The position numbers were made by a program, and so were the translations under genes. Positions 61,844 through 64,000 of a stretch of DNA of 64,000 nucleotides are shown here, piece after piece. Source of the DNA: Octopus sinensis (lineage: Eukaryota). The notes beneath the pieces were generated by a model. The model searched no databases. It worked only from the letters and a program-made list of their open reading frames with translations, and had not been told where the DNA came from. The first letter of the stretch is position 1. Every line of letters begins with the position of its first letter. Where the stretch lies: positions 72,540,001 through 72,604,000 of the forward strand of contig NC_043006.1 in NCBI RefSeq assembly GCF_006345805.1. Reading direction: 5' to 3'.

Positions 61844-64000
61844 CTTTAAAAATAGGGATTGACATTAATAAATAAGGTATTCAGGCAGAATTTTGGCAGC
61901 AACTTTATACAAATACATACCTAAAATCTAAGAAATCCACACTAAAAAATCAAGCCAAATGTCATTAATTAAAAAAAAAAATAAGCAGTATTTGTGTATA
62001 AAGTGTTAAAAAAAAAAAAAAGCTACTTAAAAGTAAAAACATATATTCATATGAATATAATAATAGGTTCTAATTATATATTTGAAGTCCTCAACCCTAA
62101 GAGGTTTGTTCAATACTTGAACAAATCACCAAAATTTTGTAAAATAGCAATATTTCAATACCTCTGGTTAAAATAAAAATCAGCATTTGCCACAATCTAA
62201 AGATTTTTCAGCAGCATTACTAGCAGAAATTATTCCAGCAACAATTCAACAAAGTATTTTCACCAACCATTTTTCTGCCAAGGACTTAATTCAGCCATTT
62301 TGTGTTCTTAAAACTTTCGAAAAGGAAGCAACAAAACCCTTAAATCTGAAGCAGGAACAATTGGCAATTCACAGTTTAGAATTAAACATGAAAAAAACTT
62401 GCTTATTTTCATAATGCTAACTCAATGTCAACTTATATTGCTATATTTCATAAGATAAAATTGCAATTTCCAGAAAATAAGAAATCTATATACTTCACAG
62501 ATCAATATATATAATATATATAAACGATCAAATCTTTATGAAATGCAATTCATACACCAAAGATCTAACTGATATCTCATCAAACCTTTAAATGAAATAT
62601 TTACTAATATGATTTCTCCGATTTTCAAGTTATTTTATTATTCTAACAATGGAACATTCAAATACATTACATAATGCAGTTTTATTAATGCATAATAGAC
62701 ACTACTGGACATAGTGTTGATCTTATATATGTGGATTCAAAAAAAAAAAAATTTATTTTAGTGCTTAACTTCTCATTGTAATATAATAAGAACGGATCCG
62801 AATTAAGTTTGCTGACGACTGCCTCTCTACAATGGAACCTATATGCACAATGAAATGCACTTAAGATGATATTTTATTTCGATGACGTACTTGGGAAAAT
62901 TTCCTATCGCAATGAAGCTTTAATAAATAATGCACATTCTATTTTCTGCCTTTTGACTTCTAGTCGCAAACCGATTACCTATAAGCAATTACAGGAAATT
63001 ACGTGTGTGTATGTATGTATGTGTCTGTGTAAGAGAGAAAATCAGGTCAGCACTTCGTCCTAAACCAACGAGATATATAATCCATTATCATTGTAGCTGT
63101 TCAAAATTAGACTACCATTTGGTTTCTGAAGCAATTTTTACACTTATAATAATAAACAGAATAAAAAAAAAAAATACCAAAAAATATTGTAAGAATGTGA
63201 AACCGAGAAGACTGTTGGTCTGACGACCAAGAAAAAGGATCATCTTTCTGCAGTGTAAAAAGACGCAAAAACGAATGGTGTTCTTAACTACTTTCACTGC
63301 CAAGTGATGGAGAGGAGGGGTTATTACATGATGAATACGTAAAGGGGTGCTGCAGTTGCTAAAAAGACCAGTTATATGTATCTAATATAACAATATAAGC
63401 TTGCTGTAAAGGCAGCTGACAGTTATAATTTACATAGGTTTCCAGTGTTTTTTTTTATATACATATATATATATATAAGAAGTTAGCCGTCTTCAAACTA
63501 TATCGACCAAAACACCAGATTCCAAATACTACGCCATTATTCAATTGCACAAAAGAAAATAATTAGGAAACTTAAAAGAAAAAAAAACACCAGAAAAAAA
63601 TAACGCAACGATCCATTTAACATCACTATTGTTATAATTAGTCAATTATAGAGAACAAAGCAAAGACAAAATACAATGGAAATAAGACAATTAAGCACTA
63701 TCAATTAAGTGGAATATATATATATTCGACAGTTGTTTTTTTGTTGTTGTCGTTCTTTTATCTTCGGAGTTTGAACATACTTTTATTTCAATAAAAAAAA
63801 TCGAAACCCGAAAATCAGATTGATTTAATATCCAATAAGTTTGCCAAGGAGAACTGTGACATATAAAAAGATGTTTGAGATAAATATCTTAACCAGTTTT
63901 AGATCCTGGAGTGACACGCAGTCTAAATTTTTAAAAATCATAATTGAATATATATATAATGAGTTTGACCCTTCAACTAGATTGTTTCGAGGTGTTTGTT

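Noticed and set aside
63045-63100. C/D-box snoRNA-like motif on the - strand (ATGATAA ... CTGA)
   Set aside because: Imperfect C box, only about 50 nt between boxes, weak terminal stem, and no rRNA or snRNA complement that I recognise. An Infernal or snoscan run would be needed to revive it.
63195-63240. GAAACC...GGTC and CTGACGA close together
   Set aside because: The order and stems cannot be arranged into any hammerhead topology.

Overview
AT-rich animal genomic DNA, most likely an octopus. That assignment is inferred from the retroposon families and the mollusc-like proteins, not from a database search. Two spliced genes converge tail to tail. On the + strand lies the 3' portion of GBF1 (Golgi Arf-GEF; HUS, Sec7 and HDS1-3 regions): 32 exons traced by hand from 9284 to a probable stop at 51089, about 1650 codons, with the N-terminus upstream of the window. 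It has two GC-AG introns and a one-base frameshift at about 34500 that is probably an assembly error. On the - strand lie exons 2-8 of a LUC7L/LUC7L2-type U1 snRNP factor (59582 to 53145), with exon 1 beyond the window end. GBF1 introns are crowded with at least three SINE-like families, CR1/L2 fragments, a half mariner, a piggyBac-like MITE, a Helitron-like element and Penelope-type remnants carrying decayed hammerhead ribozyme motifs. Nearly all ORFs in the supplied track are repeat or microsatellite artefacts, or exons read through into introns. The most interesting signal is a candidate LUC7 autoregulatory system. The repeat-free intron upstream of LUC7 exon 2 holds up to four short frame-breaking (poison-like) exons, three with intron-side-strong donors, and there is a possible NMD-triggering 3'UTR intron. 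Other leads are an inverted hammerhead pair, an 18-nt micro-exon candidate bracketed by a perfect inverted SINE pair, and a conserved DSGAQS degron.
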